From Camelus ferus (taxonomy: Eukaryota), in NCBI RefSeq assembly GCF_009834535.1, contig NC_045697.1, positions 17,052,001 through 17,116,000 on the forward strand: DNA of 64,000 bases, in the 5' to 3' direction. The notes below the pieces were generated by a model. That model did not search any database, was not told the origin of the DNA, and saw only the letters and a program-made list of their open reading frames with translations. Numbering within the stretch: the stretch's first letter is position 1; every line of letters starts with the position of its first letter. Below, piece after piece: positions 11,771-23,227 of this stretch. The position numbers and the translations under genes are program-made.

Positions 11771-14700
11771 GGAAAAAAGATTCGTTTTACCACCAATGCT
11801 AAGATTTATTCGATTATTATGTTAATGGTTAATATTCAGCTGAATAGAATACCCTGCCAATTGGCTGTCATTCTTTCTGGTTTTCCTTGGGCAAAGGCTG
11901 GCTAAGCAAAAAAGAAAAGCCAAACAAAGAACACTACTTTGTGAATTCTTCCCCAAAAGGACAGCATTGTAAGTCTGCCGTGAATAAAGAGTGTAAATTA
12001 TATTCAGCATGATATAAGTAATGACATATCAATTAACTGTGTCAACAAGGTCTAAAAATATGCAAATTACTGTACTTCAATTAGAAAAATCTACATCCTT
12101 AGAGAATATTGTAAATCAGGAAATTTGGGAGACATTAAGAGTAATCAGCGAGGGAAAGCATGTACTTTTTGCTGTATCCTATTTTTATACATACATAATG
12201 AAATAATTATAGCTACACTGTATTTATGCCTCTGCAAAAATATTAAAATCTTAAGATCTTTACAATGATAAGTTAAATCTGTATTATGTTTTCAGACAAC
12301 ATTAATTATAAGAAAAAGAAATCTATTATCATTCAATATAAGTAAGTTGAAACTAATTTGGACATGCAAATTAGAAATGCTGATTTTTCTCAGCACCAGA
12401 ACGTTAGAAAAGAGAAAGCAAGAAGAGACAGCTAGATCAGTTACTGAGTCTAGAAATGCCAAAGCTTTAGTGTATTTAAGTCGTAATGCAAATTTAAGAG
12501 TGTTTAGTAACTTTTCTCAAAAATATCAAACTACTCGATGTTTCCATTTTTAGAGGACTTCCTGGTTTGCTTTGTTTAAAATGCATTAATCTCTCTGTTT
12601 GGGATGTATTTCCCCTTACCTGAGCCTTCCTCTAGCTGTAACTCCCAAACAGACTGCGAGAGGCAAGGCTGGGAATGTATAAAGTCATGCCAGTTTTCAA
12701 TGACTGGGATATTCACCACAGTTAACAGAGGAGTGCTGCCTTTGCTTTGAAATTCAATTAGCATCAATTCCAGAGATGGCCAGGAATGCAAGGGAAAAGG
12801 AAATAGAACTCAGTCAGCAGCCCCTCACCTCTCCCTGGCCTTCCAGAGAAGCGCATCCCCGTGGGCACATCCTGCAATGAGACTCCTTGGAGACTGATGG
12901 GTTTTACCCTAATTGCAAACTGTATGAGGTTTCATCAGGACCTGAAAATTCTGACTCCATGATTCTTTCTTTTGAAGTTTCCACACCCTGACTCCTTTCC
13001 ACATGGAAGGATGCCATTCATGTTTTAGGACACAGAGTTCAATATCATCTTTTATAAAATCTATCCCAACAATTCCAGGCTGAGTCACTCCCCGCCCTAG
13101 CTTCATGAAGCCTGGGTCATGCTGACTCTTCGTGTTGTCACCCAGGCTAGGAGCTCCACGAGGGCAGCTATCGGTTTGCTCTGTTCGTGCTCCAGGAGGC
13201 ACGGGGACTCCTGCAAAGCAGTGGCTCAAGAGCACACTGACAAACAAAGGGAAGGAAGAAGACTGGGCAACTCTACTAAGAAGAATATATTTTCTCAGTG
13301 CTAAGTACAGAAGCTTTCATTAAAGCACCCAGCACTGATTTCAACTCTTTCCTTGGTTAAACCAACCAAATAACCAGAGTTCGAGCTGGTTTAATGAAAA
13401 AAATAGGGAAGAAGGTGAAGTTTGCTTTCACCCTTAGCATTTCTTTTTCTATTCTCCAACCTCACTTCTCCCATCAACTGCCACGAGATTTCCACTTTTC
13501 TCATGCTTTTTTTCCCCTGCCCTCATCTAAGTCTGCTTCCCTAGAAAACATCTAAAATTGCTTACAGGAAGTGGCAAAGTTTCCTCCAGCACCCCTTCCA
13601 GGAGTTTTGTCTTGAACATTGAATAAAATGTTATGTCAAAAGAACCAAGATCTAACAGAGGAATTCCAGACACCGGTGGACTAGGGAGTAAGGTACATTT
13701 CTAGTCTTCCCCTAGCAAATGCAAACGTGCACACACGCACACACACGCATGCACACAAGTACAGTCAGGAAGCTACACAGTTCGCCTGTTTGAATATCAG
13801 CTCTGATGGGTACAGACTTTTCTTAAAATGGTGCTACATGAAATGCTTTTAAAATGATTGCTTAATTGGTGGTGGGAATGGAGCAAGAGAAAGGATGCTA
13901 TTTCAACTGGGGAGAAGCTAATTTTCAGTCTAACAAATACCAACCCATCAAAATCTTTTCCAGTGTATTTTCTCCACTAGAGTGGAGAATATGACTAGCC
14001 GTTGAGATTTAAAAACGAGCATCCTTCCAGGTTTGCCCAGTATAAATCCTGGCTTTTAACAGGTGAGTTTAGGGGACTGATGGTATTTTACAAGCTGGTA
14101 CTTACCCCCAATTTTGTGGGCAAATGGTACCTACTCCTTGAATCCACATAGCTCAAAGTAATTCATCTGCCTTGCTTGTTTAAGAATTTAGGAAGGTAAA
14201 TATTTGGGCCAGATTTGCTTCATTAAATGAATTTCCAGAAAAAAATGGGAATGCCAAACAGCAAACAGGATTTAAAATGGCAATTGAATTTAAAATTCAG
14301 TACTGTTCCTTATGCAAACCACCACGATATTATCACGCTTTTCTTCTCTGCTTTATCAATCCATATTTCTCTCCCCATTTTCTTCATTTTCCCCATTCTC
14401 TGCTTTTCATGCCTCACCATCCATTGTTTTGTGTCTTAGATACTCTAGGATTTATAGCAAAAGTTCCAGGTCCACATGCAGCTAAGGTTGTGCAGATTGA
14501 TCATGCTAATAAAGAAATACACTCGAGGTTTTATCACCAACTGTAGCCCAAACTTCAGAGCATCAAGGATCACAAAGAAAGAAGTTCCAATCTTTTATTT
14601 GAAAGTGGAGGAGTCAGGATGAGACGACACCAGATCTGCCTGACTGATCCCAGTGAGGCAGGGGACTTCTTGTCTCTAATTCGTCTCATCTGCTCTGTCA

Positions 14701-16959
14701 CTTTCGGGACTCAGGAACATTGAAAGAATTTACCCATCGTAACTTCTGATTCTCGAAAATTAACTTTATTGAATGCCACAATCCACATCCGGCTGGTTGT
14801 GTAGGACAGGTATCAGATTGGAGTAAGGATAAATTCTACAACATTGACCGAGTCATCAGTCTGTGTGAAAAGAAAGAGAGAGCTAGGGAGGAAAATCAGT
14901 CACCCCTCTACTGCTCCCAGAGAAAGAAGAAAAAAAAAAAACACAGGAGAGAGAAGCACATGCTGTAAACATAGCCCACCTTTTATTGCAGAGCGCCTGC
15001 TCTGTATCCAAAGGCTTTGCAATTATTTGGCTATTACTTATCTTTAAACATCAGCTAAAGAGATCTAGCATTTTCGAAAGGTAATTATACCGTAATGCAG
15101 ATGGTAGTAATAACAATTACCCAAGATAAGCCCTTGCAATGATCTTTACAAAGCAAAGCAGAGCAGAAGTAGGACTGACTCATGAAGGACCTCCAGTGGA
15201 GAAGGCTGCATGCAGTAGCCAGATCGTCCCCTGGAAAAGTGACAGGCAGGTGCTACCACTCTCATCCCTGGAAGCCTGGCGACATGGAGGATAAGCACTT
15301 TGTAAGTTTAAAAAATTCCTGTTGTAGGGACAATTCCTGAGAGTCCTTATTTGCTGTGAAGCCTACCCACCTCAAATGGAAAAGATTTCTTCCCCTGCCT
15401 CATGCAAGCCAACTTTGGCCTCGATTCTCATATCTGAAACTGCCTACCACACACATTTCTGTGGGGAAGGATTTAGCCTACAACATGATAGTTGTTGAAA
15501 CAGGGGGATCTAATTGCTTAGAAATCATTAATTGCTATAAATAGATGACTTCTGGGAGTCAATGAACTATAAGCAGAAGAGACAGTGTGTTTGAATGTCA
15601 CGCTTGTGCTCTGGATATTTTTATGACTTGTCAGTGGTTCCGTAAAGAACTCACACAGCACAAGGTGCCTAGTCAACCTGGACTGATTGAAATTGCCAGT
15701 TAGAAATAGATCGTTCTTCTTTTAAACCTTGACCACCCTTCTAACAAATCAGGAGGTGCATTGATGATGCATTGCTAAGGAAAGCTAGTCTCAGCCATCC
15801 AAGGGGAAAAAAAAAAAAAGGAGAACACAGAGAAGGTACTATCTGATCTTTGCTATTTTCTGGGGCATAAAATAACAACCTGTCATCTACCTTTTGCAGG
15901 TCATTTTTATCGCGTTGCAGGCCAAAATGAAATTTGACCTCCATTTTCCAGCTACGCCGGTGATGATAAATTTTATGCACGCAGAGCAAATGAACAGGAG
16001 GCCAGAGAGAGAGTCAGATTAGGGTGGGATTATTCATCCTGGAGTTTCCCCAAGGGAAGGGGGCACTTCTCTCCTTAGAACTTCTGTCATCTTCCTTCCT
16101 CTGGGTCCTCGCTTGGTGCCCACATCTTGACCACTTGGCCTGAGTAATTCCACACTCAGCCTTGCTGCCTTCCTACACCGCTAGCCCCTTCGCTCTTATG
16201 ACTTAAAGAGGAAGAGAGATCGTTTCTCTGAGTTATCTCATTCCGAGATCCGAGCGGGGTGCTCATTTTTTCAACAAAGCAGTAAATAAATTCCATAAAC
16301 ACCTCTGTCAAAGATCCCAGCATTGCAGCAGGAAGGTGCCACCTTGCAGAGGAGAAACTGCCATAGACCCCAACTACCAGGCACGGCTTTGCCATGGGAA
16401 ACGCAGAAGTAAGCAAGCTGCCAGGGAGCAGTTTCTCACAAACCTGATGAATCAGCTAACTTCTCCCTGGCGGTGGAGCTGGGCTTTGTGAAGGAAGCTT
16501 ACCTTTACTTGGAGCTCACCTGCTAGAAAACGTTGCTAAGCAGCGGACATTCTGACTTAAACCCACCCCCATCACAAAGCAACAAGGAGTCTGCAACCTT
16601 TGTGCAGCCTCAGACATCATGTTCAAAAATCCCTTCAGTGCTCAGGGAAATAAACAGCCTCAGATTCCTTTTTCCTCCCTCCCTACTGTCTCCCTCCTGC
16701 ACGGGTTTACCAAGGCCAAGCAACTTTTGACAGCAGCTCATTTCGGGACTCTCTAAGCGTGGAATCCAATTGGTCCCCACTAGAATAGCTGGTTGTGATT
16801 CAACGCTGTCTTATGAAATACAGTTGCCCCTCAGACCTGCATGAGTTGGGATCTCTAAACAATAAAATTACTTACTAGGTCTGTTTCAGTAGGAAGTACA
16901 CATGCATACACACATTCATTCATTTAAAGCCTCAGCTGCATCCAGCCTCTCCTCTGATC

Positions 16960-17800
16960 AAAGCCATCCAATTCATTCATCTGGAATGAATTATAAATCC
17001 CTTCCCTTGGCCCACAGGGTCCCCACTCCTACTCTGATATCATCTCCTGCTCCTCCCTCACTCACTTCTGCTCCAGCCATTTCTCTTAGCTGTTCCTCAG
17101 TGACGCCAAGCACATGCTCACTGCAAGGTTAGGGCTGGGGTTAGATGTGCCGTTCCTTCTGCTAAGACACCCTTCCTCCAGGAGTCCAAGCATAGTCTCT
17201 TTACACACAGGTCCCCCATTCAGAGACCTCTCCTTTCTTGACTGGCAGCTCCTCTAGAATCCTCTTAGTTGGGTTCTGTGAGCAGAATGTTTATTTGAAC
17301 AGTGATTTCAGGGAGCTGGTGTGAGGTGGGGCGGGAGAGAAAGCCAACGGCAGACGAAGATGGAGCTGGTGACCACTGCAGGTAACTGGAACTCAGTCCT
17401 GCCAGAGAGAAGGCTGCTCCCTGCCCAGGATGAGCCAGCTCCTCAGCTTTGGAGGAAGTGCCGCAGGTGGGCAGTTGCTGTAGGCAAAGGCACCTTCCCC
17501 ACCGGCAGCCAAGGTCAGAGAGGGGCTGAAGGGGCGTGATGCGGGACCACTTCGGCCTCCGCTCCGCCCCTCTCGCCTTCTTAGGATGCCTCTTCCTGTT
17601 CACCCCTGACGTAGTATACGGTGACTGGCTGACTCATTGATCATCTCTCCCTTTTCCGTCTCCACTCCCATCCCCAAAAACACACGCACGTAAGCTCTAG
17701 GAGAACAGAGAGCTGGCAGGTTGGTTCTCTGCTACGTCTTCAACACCTAGACAAGGGCTGGGCAGGCTTGATTAGATAAATTCCTTTATTAATGTATTTG
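16960..17800 (+). mobile_element. L2 3' region interrupted by an ERVL-class LTR fragment (~17265-17530, LTR33-like)
   Basis: Pyrimidine-rich L2 motifs (ctcacttctgctccagcca, gtaagctctaggagaacag) flank gtttatttgaacagtgatttcaggg...ccactgcaggtaactggaactcagtcc. Confidence 0.55.
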
Positions 17801-18454
17801 TTCAGATATTTTTGTAATAACCATGGACTGGGCTGTACCTGGGCTAAGTGTTAGGGTGTCAGAAGTGACAGGAGCTCAGTTATACACAGCTGGTCACTGT
17901 TTCCCAGCTGCTTCCTAAATCTCTGCCTGGGGTCCCCATGTGATTCAAACCACACTCAGGAAGGAGAGACTGTACCATGTTGTTGTTGTGGTTCTGCAGA
18001 ACCTAAGCAGAGGCCAGGGTTCTCAAGATATGCTCATGAACGGAGCTGCCCACCTGGAAAATCCCTGGCCTGGAAAATCTCACAATCCACGGGTGGAAAT
18101 AGCCACAGAAAGTAGTAATAATATAACATCACAAGGGCGACAAGTGAGGTCTATACAGAGAGCCATGAGCACAAGGAAAAGGAACAACAAATGATCCGGG
18201 GGAATCAGAGAAAGTGCCACCGAGGCAGGGACATTTCCACTGGGACTTGAAGAATGAGTAAGAGTTTGCCACTCAAGGGCAATAAATGCATTCCTGGCAA
18301 AGGGGGTGGCTTTTGCCACGATCAGATAGCGTGTGACGTTACACCCATCTGGAGCACGGAGCACGTTGGCGGGGGCTGAACTCTGCAGCGTAGCCTTCAT
18401 CAGCCAATAAATTCCCTTAAAAAAATCTAAAGTGAAAGACTCTGATACCAGGTG

Positions 18455-19200
18455 TGGGTGGAAAGGTACAGAAGCAGGCATTCTCTGACGCTGCTGGTGG
18501 GGCTGCCAGTCAGTACCACCTTTTTGAAGGATAATTTATTGATATCTAGTAAAGCTAAAAATGTAATTCCCCCACAGTTGAACCATTTCACTCCTGGGTA
18601 CGTGCCCGAGAGAGACGCTCTCACAAGCAAAGGGAAAGACATCCTTGAGGATGTCATGAACAGCCCTTTTGATAATTGTGAAAAAATGGGGGGGACATCT
18701 AGGTCTCCACCCATCGGGGAAGTGATACCTATGCATAAGCAATAAATAAATCATGAAATTTATGTCTAGAGGAGTTTAAATGAATGAAGGAGACCTACAT
18801 CATTCACACAGAGAAATCTCTGCTGTAATATTGAGAAAAGAAAGCAAGTCACAGAAGGGTACTTGCATCATGATACTATTATGTAAATCTTACAACTCAG
18901 GGAACCCTGACTGTGTGTGGACCATATGATTATATAATAAAGGTAAAACCAGGTACAGATTCCATGGACTAGTGGGGACCCGTGAGATGCGAGAGAGGCT
19001 AATGGGACTAGAAAGCGGGCAAAGGGAGATTTAAAGTATCTGAAATGTGTTATTTTTTAAGCAAAAAAAAAAAAAAAAAAATTGCTGTAAGTGTGCCAAA
19101 CTGTGAGTATTTGTTAAATATGGATGTTGGACACACGGGTGTTTTTAGGCATTTGTTATATTCGTCTCTGCGCTTTTCTTACTCTTCAGAAAGATTTTGT
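18455..19200 (+). mobile_element. Ancient L1 (L1ME-like) ORF2 end and 3' UTR
   Basis: gctgctggtggg...ccacctttttgaagg, atttcactcctgggta, gaaaagaaagcaagtcacagaag. Confidence 0.7.
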
Positions 19201-20009
19201 ATTTTCTTAAATGGCCAAAGGAAATTCACTTGAAAGATAGACTCATACAGTTTTCAGTCCATGGCTTCACTGCTATTGAGTTGACTCTGTTTTCTACATT
19301 CAAACAAAAAGTCAGGGACTGTTTGCTCTACTCATTCATTCAATCATTCAATCCATCAACAAGCATTTATTAAGTGTCCATTATTTTAAAAGCTACCATT
19401 CTGCATAACTGGAGAGGATTCCTATGTGCGCAAAAGTCAAAATCCCCAACTTCAATGCACATACAAGCTATCAAGGGTCAAAGGACATATACGTTCAAAT
19501 AGCTCCCAAACACATAAGTATATAGAAATTGTATGTTAGAAAACCACATCCCCATAATGCACTTTAATTTTTTTATTAGTATATGGCTGGTATCAGTGTG
19601 AAATACAGTTGGAGCATCCTATCTTGGCAGTTGTCAAGATCTAAAAAAGCAATGACAGGAAAGGACCTTACACACTCAGTTTATGACTTTTCTTAGGACA
19701 AGGAGTCAAAAGTTACATTCCTAACCCTCACCCCCATCAACACAAACACACTGGCCAGGAGAAAATGAAGACAAATGGTAGCTCCTTCCACCTGCATGTC
19801 GTTCACAAGCAGACTCAGCCATTTTTAAAGTCATATTGATTATTGCAGCTACTCCCCAGGCCTGGGACAGAAAAAGCAACTCTAGCCAGGCCCCCGGTCT
19901 TTTGCTCAACTAAGACAGTGGCTTAAAATCCAGAGTCAGGAAGGAGAGAGTACTCACTCTGTCCCTGCTCCCTTCTGATCTCGTATAATCCAGCACTTAC
20001 TTCCTTATT

Positions 20010-20390
20010 GACTTTTTAAATTATAAAAGTAATACATAAATACATTATCCTTCTGAAACAGAAAAACAGAAGTCCACATGTAAATAGTATGGAAGTCTCT
20101 CTTCAATGCATTTATCCACGTTCACAAACGTATATGTTTGTAACATAATGGCTTATCATGCAAGGAAAATGCTTTTTTTTTTCACTTGACAATAGTCTTG
20201 GCAATTGTTCAATGTCATTGCTAATAGTTTTATTTGTAGCCTTCATTTAAACAGGTACAGCATATTCTACAGTATGGTTACAAAATCATTTTTGGTAAGC
20301 ATTCCTGTCCCGATGGACATCACAAGTGTTTCTAATTTCATTGCAATTTTAAAGAATGCTGCAATTAATTTCCTTGTGAAGCTCAATTCT
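20010..20390 (-). mobile_element. Ancient L1 fragment (L1ME-like)
   Basis: ttataaaagtaataca ... ttttcacttgacaatagtcttgg ... aagaatgctgcaattaa. Confidence 0.55.
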
Positions 20391-22906
20391 GCACAACCAG
20401 GCACTGTTTTCTAGCTGCTTCATATATCTCTGTCTCAGGCCCCGGTATGATTCAAAGAACAGTCGGGAGCGAGAGTAAGTCATGTATTTTTGTTGTTGTG
20501 GTTCCAGTGACCATAACACAGAGCCAGGCATGTGCAGGTACTCAAGAGACGCTCATAAACTGAGAACATTTGTGACCTTGGTGCTCCCACTGTCTCTAGC
20601 CTTCTGATGAGTGGAGTGTGCGGGGTGAAAGCTGACAACTGGCATCTCGTGCATTTCAGACACTTTAATAAATATTCAGTGATTCCAACAACTTGAATAA
20701 ACCAAAGCACTGTGCCAGAAAGTTGGAAAACTGTCCCTGTGAGTCAACTCTCTTCCTCCTTGGCCTTCTAGGGGCAGAGAGGACACATGCCCCATCCTCA
20801 ACCCCAGCAGAGGGTCAGCCTATTCATCCTTCCACCAGGCCCCTCCAAACAAGACGCCTGCCAGGCTCCTCTCTCAAGTGGGTCCAGGCAAGGTCATTAC
20901 CTGGCAACATGAACTCTCCTTATCTCCCTGGTCCTGTTTCAGAAAAGAGTCATTGACAACAGGGATTCAATCTCCCTTCGAAAGCCCTTTCCCAGATAAA
21001 CAAGCTTTACAGAATCCACCGTGTGCATGACCTTTTGAGAGGCCAAGTCATCAAATCAGCAGGGAGGAGGCCGAGGAGGTGTCTGCCCTCGTCGCCAGGA
21101 AAAAGTTCTCTCTCCAAACAAGGTTTGTGGCCCTAGAAAGCACTTACAAGAGAGACTGGGGATCCGTAACCACAGAGGCAGCTCTGAAAACGAACAATTA
21201 CCAGTTGAACAGGGCACGGCTTTGAGAATCCAACCTGAGGTCCACGCACGAGAAGGCTTCATGATGGAAGGTGACACATCTCCAGCAGTCTGGAAGCACA
21301 GAAACCCCTCCTGTGGCTGTTTTCCACTAAGACTAGACTGTACTGGAGAGTCATCCTTTCAATACAGAAATAATGAACTGTTCAAAGAAAGTGACAGAGG
21401 GAGTAACTAAAGAGAAAGATAGACGAGAAAAAAGAAAAGAGAAAAGAGAGAGAGAATAAAGAAGTATTTACAAGCTTGGCACAAAGCATAAAACATCTTT
21501 GAATATGAAAATCTTTTGGCCTGCAGACTCCCAGGGGGCGAAGCCATGACGAAGCCCCGATGTGAACGTCTGATGGACAAAGTGAGGACCAAGGAGATAG
21601 AGAGGGCAAGTAGCTCTGAGCTCTTTGAAGGAAAAGGAATGAGCCAAAGTACTGATTTAGGAGAGGGTTAAATTCTGGATGACTTGAACTCAATGAACTT
21701 GACTCTACGCCTACAGGCGCTTTGAAGTGTTCTTTGGAAAAATGTATTGTTCGTTGTTACTGTGAAATTAAGTGGCTGGAGCAGAGCAGAGCGTGAGCTC
21801 TAAAAATAAATGTTTTAGGGATCTGCTTACTCTAGATGTAGGATTGAAACCCTCACTGAGTCAACTCTCGTGGAGACTCTGCCTGAAAATAAGTCAAAGA
21901 GGTAGAAAACCAAATTTTAAAGGGAAAAAAAGTGGAATATGATTAGGAAACTGGCAGAATCAGCCACATCCTGATCAACAAGTATTTAATGAGGACCTTC
22001 CATGAGCACAGTGTGATGTCAGTAAAACCCACACAGGGCCAGCAAAGAGTTAAAGGACTAACGGAGCCAAAAGGAGCTTTTCTGCTAAGACAGCCTGGTT
22101 TGACAGCAGCGAATACATCTGTCTACTGAGCACTGGAATCTGGTCCTCTAATCAGTGCCGTAGGCTGACCCACTGCAATCCAAGCTTTTAGAGGGTGAGA
22201 ATCTTGTCTATATTCCTCATCCTGGTAAACAGAGGCTGCTTAAGAAATGTTTGTTGAATAAATTAAATAATAAATGACAGGAGGGATGGAAGGGAGGGAA
22301 GGAGGAAGGCAGGACTGAAGGGCAAGAGGACAGAGAAGGCTATATTCCTCAGTGAACCCCCTTCCTAGGATAATTTTCCGGGAAACTATTCCTTCCCACC
22401 TCCACAGACCCCTCAGCATCCTGAAAGATGACAGTGGAGAATGAGAGCTGGCAGGAGAGCTGTGAACGTCAGGGTGTGAGCACCAAACTCATCGCCCCTC
22501 TTTTCCAGAATAGCGCTTTTATTCCCAACTCCTTTCCAGCACTTAACCCCACGCGCCCTTATTAGTTGCTTACGAGCTTGTTACCTGATCCTGTCCATGG
22601 AGAAACTGGGTCTGGCAGAGACATACACAGGGGCCTCTCAAGTTCAACACTGAGTATTAACAGCAGAAAGCTCCATGAAATAAATGTCATGTTTTCCTCT
22701 TATTTTTTGATGGTGTTAGACCATGGGTCCACCTAGTGATGGGATCCAGAGCATCTCAAGTCACCACCCATCATCGTATCTCATACTAAGTTATCCTCCT
22801 CACATTTCTAGTACCTTAGAATGTAGGGAGAGCTCGAGATGTACCTTTTAAGTGCATGAAAACTTCCTTTGGGACCAGACACCAGGGCGATCAAAAACCA
22901 ACAAGA

Positions 22907-23227
22907 TTTGCAAATCTCAAACTCCCAAATTTATCCCTTCCCACCTCCTTTCCCCCGGTTACCATAAAACTTTTTACTATGTGTATCAGTCTGTTTCTGT
23001 TTTGTAGATGAGTTTGAGATTTGCAAATGTTAACCACTATATATAAAAATAAATAAAAAACAAATTTCTTCTGTATAGCTCAGGGAGCTATATTCAGTAT
23101 CTTGTAATAACCTTTAATGAAAAAGAGTATGAAAATGAATATATGCGTGACTGGGACATTATGCTGTACACCAGAAACTGACACATTGTAACCGACTATA
23201 CTTCAATTAAAAAAAAAAAAAAAAAAA
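22907..23227 (+). mobile_element. 5'-truncated, 5'-inverted lineage-specific L1 (3' UTR plus poly-A)
   Basis: 22907-23014 is the reverse complement of L1 3' UTR seen forward at ~61133-61240; 23010 onward is forward to poly-A; TSD aaaaa(c/a)caacaaga at 22893-22906 and 23222-23235. Confidence 0.9.

Noticed and set aside
16798..16810. attcaacgctgtc matches part of mature miR-181a
   Set aside because: Only 13 nt; the 5' end and the 3' part differ and no complementary arm is present
20603..20632. CTGATGA...GAAA hammerhead-like core
   Set aside because: Stem II cannot pair and no stems I or III are evident
21525..21542. CTCF-like words (also near 28099, 31445 and 62445)
   Set aside because: Only partial core matches; not supportable without a PWM scan
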